A DNA stretch of 49,160 nt from Dehalococcoidia bacterium (GCA_011174795.1 DUEY01000005.1:4885-54044), one strand, 5' to 3'; numbered from the stretch's first letter, positions 33,376-45,107 are shown. The notes: generated by a model not told the origin, from the letters alone. Numbers and translations: made by a program.

Positions 33376-34593
33376 TTAGGTATCTTTCTCGGCAGGAGAC
33401 CTCTGTGCTCGAGAGAGCAGAACCACTACCTTATCCAGGATCAGGTGGGCAACTTCATATTTAGGCATCAGGGAGAGTTGCTCAACCTTTCCCTTGCGGT
33501 CGATCAGGATCACACGGTTTGTATCTGTGGCAAAACCACTGTCCTCAGCGGTAATATCATTGACTGCGATAAGGTCAAGCTTTTTTTTCTTAAGCTTCTC
33601 GGTTCCCCGTACTATCAGGTCTTTGCTTTCGGCGGCGAAGCCGACCTTGATGATATTTCCTCTTACTTCACCGATAATATCCGGGGTCTTGACCAGCTCG
33701 AGAGTCAGCGTTTCCGACTCCCGCTTTATCTTATCCTTAGCAACCTTTGCCGGGTGATAATCAGCGACTGCGGCAGCCATTATCAGTACGTCGGCTGCGG
33801 CTGTAGCCTTGAGCACAGCTTCTCTCATCTCAAGTGCGGACTCCACGGGAATCACCTCAACACCTGCAGGAGGCGGCAGTTCCGTAACGCTGGTTACCAG
33901 GGTTACTGTTGCCCCTCGGTCGCGGGCTGCCTCAGCTAACGCATAGCCCATCTTTCCTGAGGAGCGGTTGCCGATGTAGCGTACCAGGTCAATGGGTTCT
34001 CGGGTCCCTCCGGCGCTGACCACGATATGCTTGTCAACTAGGTCGCCTTTTTTTCCCAGGGCCTGGAAGATGGTACCCAGTATTTCATTTGGGTCGACCA
34101 GGCGTCCCATGCCGACCAGGCCGGAAGCTAGCCAGCCATATCCCGGGCCAGCGATGATGAATCCACGGGAGCGCAGCTTGGCAAGATTCTCCTGAGTTAT
34201 CGGGTTGCTGTACATCCCGGCATCCATCGCTGGCGCTAATATAATTGGTGCCCTTGTGGCAAGCACGGTGCAGGTCAAGATTTCATCGGCAATGCCTGCT
34301 GCAAGTTTGGCAATGGTGTTGGCGGTAGCAGGTGCGATAACTACGACATCAGCCCGTTCTGCAAGAGAGACATGCTCGATGTTGAACTCAGCAGGGGTCT
34401 CCCACATGTCGGTGATAACAGGTCTATGGGTAACGCTGCGGAAGGATAATGCAGAGACAAACTTTGTTGCTGCCTTGGTCATTACCACGTCAACAGCTAA
34501 CCCTTTCTGGGTTAGCTTGGCGGCGATATCCACTGCTTTATAAGCAGCGATACTGCCGGTGATCCCCAAGACTACGTTTTTACCCTCAACCAT
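33376..34593 (-). CDS. coaBC: Phosphopantothenoylcysteine decarboxylase/synthetase
   Basis: LGITGSIAAYKA, HVSLA, APATAN, PAM, AGGTREPID.VRYIGNRSSGKMG, AAAVADY, VGFAAE. Confidence 0.97.
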   Translation of the reverse strand: MVEGKNVVLGITGSIAAYKAVDIAAKLTQKGLAVDVVMTKAATKFVSALSFRSVTHRPVITDMWETPAEFNIEHVSLAERADVVVIAPATANTIAKLAAGIADEILTCTVLATRAPIILAPAMDAGMYSNPITQENLAKLRSRGFIIAGPGYGWLASGLVGMGRLVDPNEILGTIFQALGKKGDLVDKHIVVSAGGTREPIDLVRYIGNRSSGKMGYALAEAARDRGATVTLVTSVTELPPPAGVEVIPVESALEMREAVLKATAAADVLIMAAAVADYHPAKVAKDKIKRESETLTLELVKTPDIIGEVRGNIIKVGFAAESKDLIVRGTEKLKKKKLDLIAVNDITAEDSGFATDTNRVILIDRKGKVEQLSLMPKYEVAHLILDKVVVLLSRAQRSPAEKDT

Positions 34594-34612
34594 GCTTTCT
34601 CCGTGAAATTGA

Positions 34613-35383
34613 CTACCGTCGCAGATTAAGCTCGTATATCAGACTGAGTCCGATAAGCGTTAAATCGGGCTCCAGCGCATCTATAATCGTGGTCTCTTTG
34701 GCTATGATGTTCGCCAAGCCCCCTGTGGCAATCACCTTCGCCTTCCCTCCCAGCTCCTTTCGCATCCGTGCAACGAGTCCCTCTACTAATCCTACATAGC
34801 CGAATATGATACCGGATTGCATTGCAGCTACACTGTTTCCACCTATAGCCTTCTGCGGTCGAACCATTTCCACACGTGGTAACTTGGCAGCATGCTCGAA
34901 AAGCGCCTCTGCGGAGATTTCTATGCCGGGAGCAATGGCTCCACCCAGATAGTCTCCCTCTGCTGAGACAGCATCCAGGGTGGTAGCGGTGCCGAAATCT
35001 ATGACTATCAACGGGCCGCCGTACAGCCTGTGTGCCGCAGCTGCATTGACCACCCGGTCAGCTCCTACCTCACGCGGATTATCGATTGAGATACGGACCC
35101 CGGTCTTGGTACCAGGGCCTACAACGGTAGGTGTGACCTCGAAGTAACGCTGGCACAGCTCCTCGAAAACCGCCACCAGGGGAGGGACCGAGCTTGATAT
35201 GATGGCACTTTCGATATCTGAAAAGGCAAGACCCTTGAGGGGCAGCAGGTTGGCCAATACAGCGGCGTATTCGTCGGCAAGCTTGTGGACATCGGTACTG
35301 AACCTCCAGGTAGCCTTAAGCCTCTCGCCCTCGAAGACACCTAGTACTAGATTGGTGTTTCCTATGTCGGTTGCCAGCAGCAT
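34613..35383 (-). CDS. coaX: Type III pantothenate kinase
   Basis: MLLATDIGNTN, SSVP, VGADR, IDFGTATT, GGAIAPG, ATGG; start reassigned to ATG 35383. Confidence 0.96.
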   Translation of the reverse strand: MLLATDIGNTNLVLGVFEGERLKATWRFSTDVHKLADEYAAVLANLLPLKGLAFSDIESAIISSSVPPLVAVFEELCQRYFEVTPTVVGPGTKTGVRISIDNPREVGADRVVNAAAAHRLYGGPLIVIDFGTATTLDAVSAEGDYLGGAIAPGIEISAEALFEHAAKLPRVEMVRPQKAIGGNSVAAMQSGIIFGYVGLVEGLVARMRKELGGKAKVIATGGLANIIAKETTIIDALEPDLTLIGLSLIYELNLRR

Positions 35384-35467
35384 GATATCATCGCCTAAAA
35401 CCGGTTCCCGGGAATGAAAAAGAGAAATCTTACAGCCAACTGAAAGGCGCAACCCAGCGTGGGGGCT

Positions 35468-35496
35468 ATTATAGCGGAGTTTACCTAAAGTTACAA
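35468..35496 (-). promoter_or_regulatory. Sigma70-type promoter for coaX-coaBC
   Basis: TTGTAA-17nt-TATAAT on the minus strand. Confidence 0.6.
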
Positions 35497-35535
35497 TATG
35501 AGACCGGTTTACGCGCCGCTTTTTGAGTTTCAAGC

Positions 35536-35564
35536 TTGACAGGGGAATTCATGTACTATACACT
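35536..35564 (+). promoter_or_regulatory. Sigma70-type promoter for the padR operon
   Basis: TTGACA-17nt-TACACT. Confidence 0.65.
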
Positions 35565-35574
35565 ACGCCATGAC

Positions 35575-35593
35575 TACCTCGTAGTACTAGGTA
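35575..35593. promoter_or_regulatory. Candidate PadR autoregulatory operator
   Basis: Inverted repeat TACCT-N9-AGGTA between the promoter and the padR RBS. Confidence 0.4.
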
Positions 35594-35606
35594 AAGAGGT
35601 GAGAAA

Positions 35607-35951
35607 GTGAGATACGGACGTGAGCTCCTGAAGGGGAGCACCGAGCATTTAATACTTTCCTTGATTGGACAGGAGCCGATGTATGGCTATCGTTTGATTA
35701 AGGAGATGGAGAAAAGGAGCGGGGGATATTTCCGGTTCAAGCAGGGCACCCTCTATCCTGCTCTGCATAGACTGGAGAAAGATAAGCTTATACAGGGCAA
35801 GTGGGAGAGGCTTCCCAACGGGCAGGAAAGGAGATATTACTACCTTACCGAGTTGGGACAGCGGGCTTTAGATGAGAAGAGAGCCGAATGGGAGGGATTC
35901 TCGGCTGCGGTGAATCTGGTTATCGAACCGGCCAATTTAGCGGAGGTTTAG
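35607..35951 (+). CDS. PadR-family transcriptional regulator
   Basis: ELLKGS..LILSL....MYGY.L...GTLYPALHRLE...RRYYYLT..G. Confidence 0.95.
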   Translation: MRYGRELLKGSTEHLILSLIGQEPMYGYRLIKEMEKRSGGYFRFKQGTLYPALHRLEKDKLIQGKWERLPNGQERRYYYLTELGQRALDEKRAEWEGFSAAVNLVIEPANLAEV

Positions 35952-35961
35952 ACTCAGTCCT

Positions 35962-36945
35962 ATGCTACCTGAGCTTAGACGGTATCTAATAAACATCAGC
36001 TTGAACTCCAGACTGGACCCACGAGAGGATGGCGACGTTGTTCGGGAGTTACAAACTCATTTTGAGGATGAGATTGAAGAGTTGTGCGAGGCCGGTTTCT
36101 CCGATAGAGAGGCTGTAGATATGGCGACCAGGAGGTTCGGCAGTGCCAGGGATATCGGTCGTGAACTCTATGAGGTTTATAGCGGTGGAACATGGCTCCA
36201 GGCACTATTGGCGGGAGTACCCCATCTGCTCATCGCTCTTACGTTCGCTCTTCATCTCTGGCGAACCAGCTACTGGCTGATTTTTGTGTCACTGGTGATA
36301 GGTGGAGTGACTCTCTATGCCTGGCGTCGCGGACGACCGGGATGGTTCTATTCCTGGCTGGGCTATTTCTCCATGGTTTCGCTTGCTGTTGCTTTCCTGG
36401 TTATATTTGTTGCTGAGCGTGTCCTGCCGCCGCTGGTTCTGGGGAATAACGCACTCTGGGTAGTGATCGTGGTTTACGTTGGCGTTGCGCTTTGCTTAAT
36501 GGGATATATTGTCATACGTGTGGTACGTCGTGACTGGCTTTTCGCTTCATTGATGCTACTGCCGTTCCCCGTGCTTTTTGTGTGGTTCGTCGCCCTGGAG
36601 CGAGATATGGGGCTCATGGACTACCCCAGGCATGGTTTCCAGGGAGGTGATTTGGAGGTAGCATTTACCTTCCTCGCCCTGGGTGGGGTTTCTGCTGCTT
36701 TCATTCGTCTCAAACAGCGGCACCTCAAGGTCGGTATACTGTCAATAGGGACACTGTTCATTCTAGCTATGATCTGGCGTTTTACCGAGAACGGCTTCCA
36801 TCCCGTTATCTGCTTCTTGTTGGCGCTTTTCCTTACTATCCTCGTGATGAGTCCGGCGGTATTGCAGTGCAGAGTAAGGCGTTGGAGGGAGGAAGTCGAA
36901 GCTTCGGACCGTGCATTGCCTGAAAAAGTTTGGGAAAGACAATGA
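35962..36945 (+). CDS. Membrane protein with an N-terminal HAAS/permease-prefix domain (PadR partner)
   Basis: ELQTHFED...G....A...A.RRFG...IG.EL followed by several hydrophobic helices. Confidence 0.8.
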   Translation: MLPELRRYLINISLNSRLDPREDGDVVRELQTHFEDEIEELCEAGFSDREAVDMATRRFGSARDIGRELYEVYSGGTWLQALLAGVPHLLIALTFALHLWRTSYWLIFVSLVIGGVTLYAWRRGRPGWFYSWLGYFSMVSLAVAFLVIFVAERVLPPLVLGNNALWVVIVVYVGVALCLMGYIVIRVVRRDWLFASLMLLPFPVLFVWFVALERDMGLMDYPRHGFQGGDLEVAFTFLALGGVSAAFIRLKQRHLKVGILSIGTLFILAMIWRFTENGFHPVICFLLALFLTILVMSPAVLQCRVRRWREEVEASDRALPEKVWERQ

Positions 36946-36955
36946 AGTGTTCTCT

Positions 36956-37819
36956 ATGAACAAGGTGGCAGTCATTACTGAAAGCAGTTCCTGTGTTCCC
37001 CGGGAGGTAGCCGAACAATATGGCATACGTATACTACCGCTGCACCTTATTTTCGAAGATCGCGCCTATCTTGATGGAGTCGATATAACTCCTCAGCAGT
37101 TCTACAGGCTTCTACGAAAGGCGAAAAAACTGCCTACCAGTTCCTCTCCATCACCAGGTGAGTATTTCGAAGCATTCAGTGAGCTAGGGAAGAGCAGCAG
37201 CAGCATATTGTGTGTCACCCTTCCCCAGAATCTCGGCATGTCATTTGACGCTGCTGTGGAGGCTAAGGGTATGGCTGAGGAGAAGATGCAACAGGTTCGT
37301 ATTGAAGTCTTCCCCGCTCGTTGCCCCTCCCTGGCACAGGGCTTTGTCGCTCAAGCAGCGGCTCGGGCAGCAGCCTCGGGTCATGACCTTGATGAGGTTG
37401 CACAGGCAGCCCGGGATATGATGTACCGGGTGAACGCGATCGCTATGCTGGACACCCTGTACTACCTGGCTAAAGGGGGGAGGATACCGAAAGCTGCTGC
37501 ATGGGCAGGCTCTCTGTTCAAGATCAAGCCTATACTGGACGCAACCGAGGATATACATCTATTGGAGAGATGCCGTACCCGGAAGCGGGCGTTGAAGCGG
37601 TTGCTTGAGATTATGGGTGAGCGGACTGACGGTAAGCCGGTATGTGTAACGTTAATGCATGCCGATGCTCCTGAGGAGGCGGAACTGGTTCAGGCTGATC
37701 TCATGTCTCGGTTCGATTGCCGCGAGTTCTATGTCACAGATTTCACCCCGGTGATGGGCACACATACAGGGCCGGGGGCGATTGGCATAAGCTTCTATAC
37801 TGATAACGCAGCAATGTAG
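36956..37819 (+). CDS. DegV/FakB family fatty-acid-binding protein
   Basis: MNKVAVITESS, YLDGVDIT, YLAKGGRI, IKPIL, GTHTGPG; start reassigned to ATG 36956. Confidence 0.92.
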   Translation: MNKVAVITESSSCVPREVAEQYGIRILPLHLIFEDRAYLDGVDITPQQFYRLLRKAKKLPTSSSPSPGEYFEAFSELGKSSSSILCVTLPQNLGMSFDAAVEAKGMAEEKMQQVRIEVFPARCPSLAQGFVAQAAARAAASGHDLDEVAQAARDMMYRVNAIAMLDTLYYLAKGGRIPKAAAWAGSLFKIKPILDATEDIHLLERCRTRKRALKRLLEIMGERTDGKPVCVTLMHADAPEEAELVQADLMSRFDCREFYVTDFTPVMGTHTGPGAIGISFYTDNAAM

Positions 37820-37856
37820 TCGATGTCGCGATTCTAGATTATGAAAGGGGCTGGTT

Positions 37857-38729
37857 ATCGACAGGGTTGTTGTTGTCACCGATAGCGTTGCCTGTCTCCC
37901 CAGGGAACTGGTGCAACGATACGACATCAGGATTGTGCCGATAAGTATTATTATCGAAGGTCGGCCATACCGGGACGGTGTTGACATAACGCCCCAGGAG
38001 GTCTACGAGCTGATAGCGAGCAGCAAGGAGCTTCCTACTACCACATCGCCATCCCCAGGGGACTTTCTTGAGGCGTATCGCGAGCTTGCCGATAGAGCCA
38101 GTGGTATTGTGTGTATCACCATTTGCTCGGAGATTAGCATGATGTATGATTCAGCAGTGCAGGCGAAGCAGATGGCTGAGGAGGAAATGCATGGTATCGC
38201 TATAAACGTCGTTGACTCCCGCACTGCCGGGGGAGCAGAAGGTTTTGTGTCGTTGGCGGCTGCCGTAGCAGCGGCTTCGGGAAAGAACCTGACGCAGGTT
38301 ACTGAGGTAGCTGAGCAAATGATACCGCGGGTGAACATGGTGGCTGTGTTGGATACTCTCGAATATCTGGCACGGGCTGGTCGTATCCCCAGGGCAGCTT
38401 CATGGATTACCTCTATGTTGAAGATAAAGCCTATCCTGACGTTTTCCCAGGGCGAGATAAGGCCGCTGGAGAGGGCTCGAACAAAGCCGCGAGCGGTAAA
38501 GCGTCTGGTAGAGATTATGAGGGAACGGACAGGCAGCAGGCCGGTCCATGTCAATGTGATGCATGCCAATGTGCTGGAGGAAGCGGAAGCGCTGAAGAAG
38601 CAGGTGGAATCTGAATTTGAATGCGCCGAAATTTTTATAGCTGACTTCGCGCCGACTATGGGCGTGCAGGCTGGTCCCGGAGTGCTCGCTCTTGCTTTCT
38701 ACAGCGAGGAGGACAACGATGTGGGATGA
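37857..38729 (+). CDS. DegV/FakB family protein; probable non-canonical ATC start
   Basis: The conserved N-terminus DRVVVVTDSVACLP is in frame upstream of the tracked GTG; YRDGVDIT, VVDS, AGRI, IKPIL. Confidence 0.88.
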   Translation: MDRVVVVTDSVACLPRELVQRYDIRIVPISIIIEGRPYRDGVDITPQEVYELIASSKELPTTTSPSPGDFLEAYRELADRASGIVCITICSEISMMYDSAVQAKQMAEEEMHGIAINVVDSRTAGGAEGFVSLAAAVAAASGKNLTQVTEVAEQMIPRVNMVAVLDTLEYLARAGRIPRAASWITSMLKIKPILTFSQGEIRPLERARTKPRAVKRLVEIMRERTGSRPVHVNVMHANVLEEAEALKKQVESEFECAEIFIADFAPTMGVQAGPGVLALAFYSEEDNDVG

Positions 38730-39405
38730 GTTCGGGGTGATTCTGGGCAGCTATATTCTGGGGTCTATACCATTCATATATATCATGGGCAGGCTTCAGG
38801 GCATTGACCTCAGAGAGTATGAAGATATGCATATCGCGCTCTGGCAAAAATTTGGGCGCACTCAGGCGTTTATCGGCACTTTCTCCGATTTTTTCAAAGG
38901 TATCATAGCTGTTCTTGTTGCACGGGAGGCGTTTGATTTATCTCCTGGCTGGGTTGCCTTCGCCGGGGTAGCTGCTGTGGCAGGGCAGATGTGGCCTGTA
39001 TTTATGAAGTTCGATGGTGAAAAGGGTAACAGTATAGGGCTGGCTATGTCTGGCACTCTCGCTACGAAAACGATGCTTTTCGGTTTAATACCGATAGTCA
39101 TTGGATTCGGGGTTAGAACGCTCCCCCGGTTCTTCGCACGTCATCAGACAATAGATGATCGGTTAAAATTCGGTGGTCCTCCGAGCCTGAGTCTGCCGCT
39201 GGGGATGCTGGGGGGTTTTACCGTAATGCCTCTCGCGGCATGGGGTTTGGGGCAGCCTTCTGAGGTCGTCATTGCCTTTGTCGGCCTTGTCGTGCTCATC
39301 ATCGTGAGAAGGTTAACCGCCGGTTTGCGTGAGGACTTGCGGAAGCCTTTGGATAAAAGAAGCGTACTGTTAAACCGCTTCCTCTTCGATAGAAGCGAGG
39401 TTTAG
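38719..39405 (+). CDS. plsY: Glycerol-3-phosphate acyltransferase PlsY-like
   Basis: SYILGSIPF, GIDLR, DFFKG, AVAGQMWPVF.KF.GEKG; start ATG 38719 with RBS GGAGG. Confidence 0.8.
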   Translation: MWDEFGVILGSYILGSIPFIYIMGRLQGIDLREYEDMHIALWQKFGRTQAFIGTFSDFFKGIIAVLVAREAFDLSPGWVAFAGVAAVAGQMWPVFMKFDGEKGNSIGLAMSGTLATKTMLFGLIPIVIGFGVRTLPRFFARHQTIDDRLKFGGPPSLSLPLGMLGGFTVMPLAAWGLGQPSEVVIAFVGLVVLIIVRRLTAGLREDLRKPLDKRSVLLNRFLFDRSEV

Positions 39406-39498
39406 CTAATTAACACCTTGCTTGCTATCCCACTTTGATATTCTTCCAATCACCATTTCTCCTTGTTTGGCTAAGCACCGTCGGGTTATAATGGGTTG

Positions 39499-40086
39499 AT
39501 GGTTGCCGGGAAAGTAATCTCAGATGTGCAGAAGCTGAAGCAGGGATTGAAGGTATTGCCGGAGCCTGTGGCCAACCCCGTGTTTGTTGCTGTCAGCGGT
39601 CTGCCGGGTACGGGCAAGTCTTACTTCAGCCGCAGGCTGGCGGAGCTTCTCCCCAGTGTTATCGTGGAAAGCGATGCACTACGCAGGATACTGTTCCCCT
39701 CTCCAACCTACAGCGCACAGGAGAGCCAGCGCCTTTTTACGGCTTGCCATTCGCTCATCGAGGAACTCCTCAGCGGCGGGATTACGGTTGTCCTCGATGC
39801 CACCAACCTGATGGAACAGCATCGGGAGCGTCTTTACCGTATCGCGCAGCGCCTTAAGGTGAAGCTTATCATGATCCAGGTAGAAGCGCCCCGGGAACTG
39901 GTGCAGCAACGCCTTCAAGGCAGGTCTCGGGGGGTTGATGCTGAGGATAACTCCGATGCTGACTGGGGTGTCTATCGGAAGATGAAGGCGAGTGCGCAGA
40001 GGATTCGACGCAACTACTTCGCGGTCGATACATCGAGGGATATTGCCCCCGTTATCGACAGGATAGTGCGGGAAGCGAAGCGGTAA
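39499..40086 (+). CDS. P-loop kinase-like protein (AAA_33 type)
   Basis: SGLPGTGKS, SDALR, VVLDATN, RL..R...SDA. Confidence 0.85.
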   Translation: MVAGKVISDVQKLKQGLKVLPEPVANPVFVAVSGLPGTGKSYFSRRLAELLPSVIVESDALRRILFPSPTYSAQESQRLFTACHSLIEELLSGGITVVLDATNLMEQHRERLYRIAQRLKVKLIMIQVEAPRELVQQRLQGRSRGVDAEDNSDADWGVYRKMKASAQRIRRNYFAVDTSRDIAPVIDRIVREAKR

Positions 40087-40220
40087 ATGCTGTATGCTGC
40101 CTCCAAGCACAGCATTTCGCAGGGCAGCATTTTCCCTGCCGGTTGAATTCGATTGCCCCTCCGTTTCTTCTGTGCTATATTTAGGGAAAAGGCCATTATC
40201 ATTTACGAGGGGGGATTGAA

Positions 40221-41162
40221 TTGTTTGACGAGTTAAAGGTTTTCAGCGGAAATGCACATCCTGACCTGGCTCGAAGGGTCTGCGACTATCTTGGCATACC
40301 CCTGGGCCAGATGGAGGTATTCGAGTTCAGTAACGAGAATATCTTTGTCAGGGTCCTAGAGAATGTGAGGGAGCGGGATGTCTTCGTTATTCAGCCCATC
40401 AGCTCTCCAGTCAATAAGAACCTCGTCGAGCTGTTGATAATAATCGATGCCATGAAGCGTGCCTCAGCGGGCAGGATTACCGCGGTGATGCCCTACTATG
40501 GCTATAGCCGTACTGATAAGAAAGACCAGCCTCGCGTGCCGATCACAGCGAGGCTGGTGGCCGATTTAATTACGGTATCTGGAGCTGACCGTGTGCTGAC
40601 GATTGACCTCCACGCCGGGCAGATTCAGGGATTCTTCAACATCCCCGTAGATGAACTGACTGCCCTCTATACCCTGAGCGACTACTTCCTGGAGAAAGCT
40701 CTAAAGAACCTGGTGGTGGTGGCTACCGATGTCGGAATAGCCAAGCGTGCGCGCGACCTTGCCGCACGGCTTAATGTGCCTCTGGCAATTGTCGAAAAGC
40801 GCAGGGTGGGCAATGTCGATAAGTCGGAGACCCTGACCGTCATCGGTGATGTCAAGGGCAAGCGCGCCCTGCTGGTGGACGACGAAGTTGATACCGGGGG
40901 CTCGATTGCCAACGCAGCTGTGACGCTGAAGAAGCACGGTGCCATTGAGATTTATGCCTGCTGCACGCATCCCATCCTCTCCGGGTCGGGGGTGAAGCGT
41001 ATAGCCGAGAGCATAATCAAGGAGTTGGTGGTCACCGATACAGTCCCTGTACCGGAAGAGAAGAGGATCGATAAAATAACCGTTCTTCCACTGGAATCGC
41101 TGATTGGCGAGGCGATTCACCGCATTCACGCCGGGCTCTCAGTGGGTGCGATGTTCCAGTAG
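40221..41162 (+). CDS. prs: Ribose-phosphate pyrophosphokinase
   Basis: FSGNAHP.LA, YYGYSR.DKK..PR.PITA, DLHAGQIQGFF, VDDEVDTGGS. Confidence 0.97.
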   Translation: MFDELKVFSGNAHPDLARRVCDYLGIPLGQMEVFEFSNENIFVRVLENVRERDVFVIQPISSPVNKNLVELLIIIDAMKRASAGRITAVMPYYGYSRTDKKDQPRVPITARLVADLITVSGADRVLTIDLHAGQIQGFFNIPVDELTALYTLSDYFLEKALKNLVVVATDVGIAKRARDLAARLNVPLAIVEKRRVGNVDKSETLTVIGDVKGKRALLVDDEVDTGGSIANAAVTLKKHGAIEIYACCTHPILSGSGVKRIAESIIKELVVTDTVPVPEEKRIDKITVLPLESLIGEAIHRIHAGLSVGAMFQ

Positions 41163-41176
41163 AGGCTGGAGGTGTT

Positions 41177-41446
41177 GTGGTGTCCCCCCAGGAAGACCAA
41201 TACCTTTCCCCTGAAGACAAAAAAAGCTATGAAGAAGTGGTTGACTCGTGGAAAGACGAGGATATCGAGGCGTACCGGGATGTCATCGAGGCCAATGAGG
41301 ATGAGCAGCTTCTCGGTGGATACGTTATGGTGGAACTGGACCCGCTGACAGCTAAAGATCTGGTAGATATGGCCCAGAGTCGGGGTATTGACCCGGGCCG
41401 GCTGGCGGCCGAGCTTCTACGGAATGCCCTCATGGGCGGCAAGTGA
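41177..41446 (+). CDS. Small acidic hypothetical protein, possible C-terminal ribbon-helix-helix
   Basis: RBS GGAGGT; fills the prs-secA gap; C-terminus VMVELDP...LVDMAQSRGIDPGRLAAELL. Confidence 0.6.
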   Translation: MVSPQEDQYLSPEDKKSYEEVVDSWKDEDIEAYRDVIEANEDEQLLGGYVMVELDPLTAKDLVDMAQSRGIDPGRLAAELLRNALMGGK

Positions 41447-41501
41447 CAATGATGTATGAAATTGATTATCTGGTGAGAAAGGGCTAAGGGCGGAATAAGG
41501 C

Positions 41502-44069
<2,568 letters not shown>

Positions 44070-44096
44070 GTTAGATGCTGGGGAGGGTGAAGAGAA

Positions 44097-44366
44097 GTGG
44101 AAAACGCGGCGGTTGCGCAGGTGTTTCGGGACTTGGCCGATGTGCTGGAGCGGAAGAAGGAGAACCCTTTCAAGATAAGGTCGTACCGGCGCGCTGCCGA
44201 GACTATAGAGGTCCTGCCTGTCCAGTTAGAGCAGGTGGTGAGTGAGGGCAGGCTGCGGGAGCTGCCGGGCGTCGGTGAGGCGATCGCCAGAAAGATTACT
44301 GAGATTCTGACCACCGGGCGTCTACAGAAGCTGGAGGAGCTTCGCGCCGAGATGTCTGGAAAATAA
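44097..44366 (+). CDS. Stand-alone DNA polymerase X N-terminal (8 kDa HhH) domain protein
   Basis: N..VA..F..LAD.LE...ENPFKIRSYRRAA...LPGVGEAIARKI.EIL.TG.L..LEELR. Confidence 0.85.
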   Translation: MENAAVAQVFRDLADVLERKKENPFKIRSYRRAAETIEVLPVQLEQVVSEGRLRELPGVGEAIARKITEILTTGRLQKLEELRAEMSGK

Positions 44367-44369
44367 GAG

Positions 44370-45107
44370 ATGGCAAAGCGTGAGTCCCAGCTTAAGAATG
44401 TAGCCTCCGCTGGGGATAGCGAGGCAATCAGGCATCTAAAGCAGGCTATCGCCGCCGGTAAGCCCTGGCATTTAGCGCTGCTGGAGGCCATCGGGCTCTG
44501 GACCTGTACCGAGGAAAGCCATAACGGGCACAGCTACTGCTACCTGCTCGATGGGGAGGCTTTCGACTGGCTGCTGCTCGCGGAGCGCCTCTGCCAGGAG
44601 ATAGCGGATGTTGTCCCCGAGGAGGAGATGCTCGACCTCCTCTTCTACGGCAGGCTGCCCGGGGAGCTCTCCGACGACGAGTTCAGGGCGCTCATCGGTA
44701 GCGGTAAGTACCATGCCCATCTCAACTATCTCTACGGCGTCACCGTCGAGAGGTTTGTGCGTCTCGCCATAGAGGAGGAGATTCACAAGGAGTGCCACGG
44801 ATACGTCTTCTCCGGCAGGGACGGAGGCTTCTGGGACAGCTACCAGCGACTCTATGGCGCCAGCCAGGAGACGCTCTTACAGCGGTTCAGAGAGGAGAGG
44901 GGCTATCCACTGTTAGATGGCCTCAACCTCGACCAGTTGGAGGAGTTCACCTACTGGTTGTTCAAGTACCGGCTGAAGAACTGCGATAAGGAGAAGGTGG
45001 CCAGCGACACCAGGAAGGGCGTGGAGCGCCTCAGGCGTCACAGCCCGGGCAGGAGCCTCACTGTCATCAGTGAGAACCCCTCGCACGTTATCGACCACGG
45101 CACCTAG
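44370..45107 (+). CDS. Hypothetical protein (245 aa)
   Basis: Long ORF 3 nt after the previous stop, with coding-like GC3 bias; no family recognised. Confidence 0.75.
   Translation: MAKRESQLKNVASAGDSEAIRHLKQAIAAGKPWHLALLEAIGLWTCTEESHNGHSYCYLLDGEAFDWLLLAERLCQEIADVVPEEEMLDLLFYGRLPGELSDDEFRALIGSGKYHAHLNYLYGVTVERFVRLAIEEEIHKECHGYVFSGRDGGFWDSYQRLYGASQETLLQRFREERGYPLLDGLNLDQLEEFTYWLFKYRLKNCDKEKVASDTRKGVERLRRHSPGRSLTVISENPSHVIDHGT

Noticed and set aside
35384-35462. coaX 5' leader as a pantothenate-related RNA motif
   Set aside because: I could not identify convincing paired stems by eye; an Rfam cmscan would be needed.
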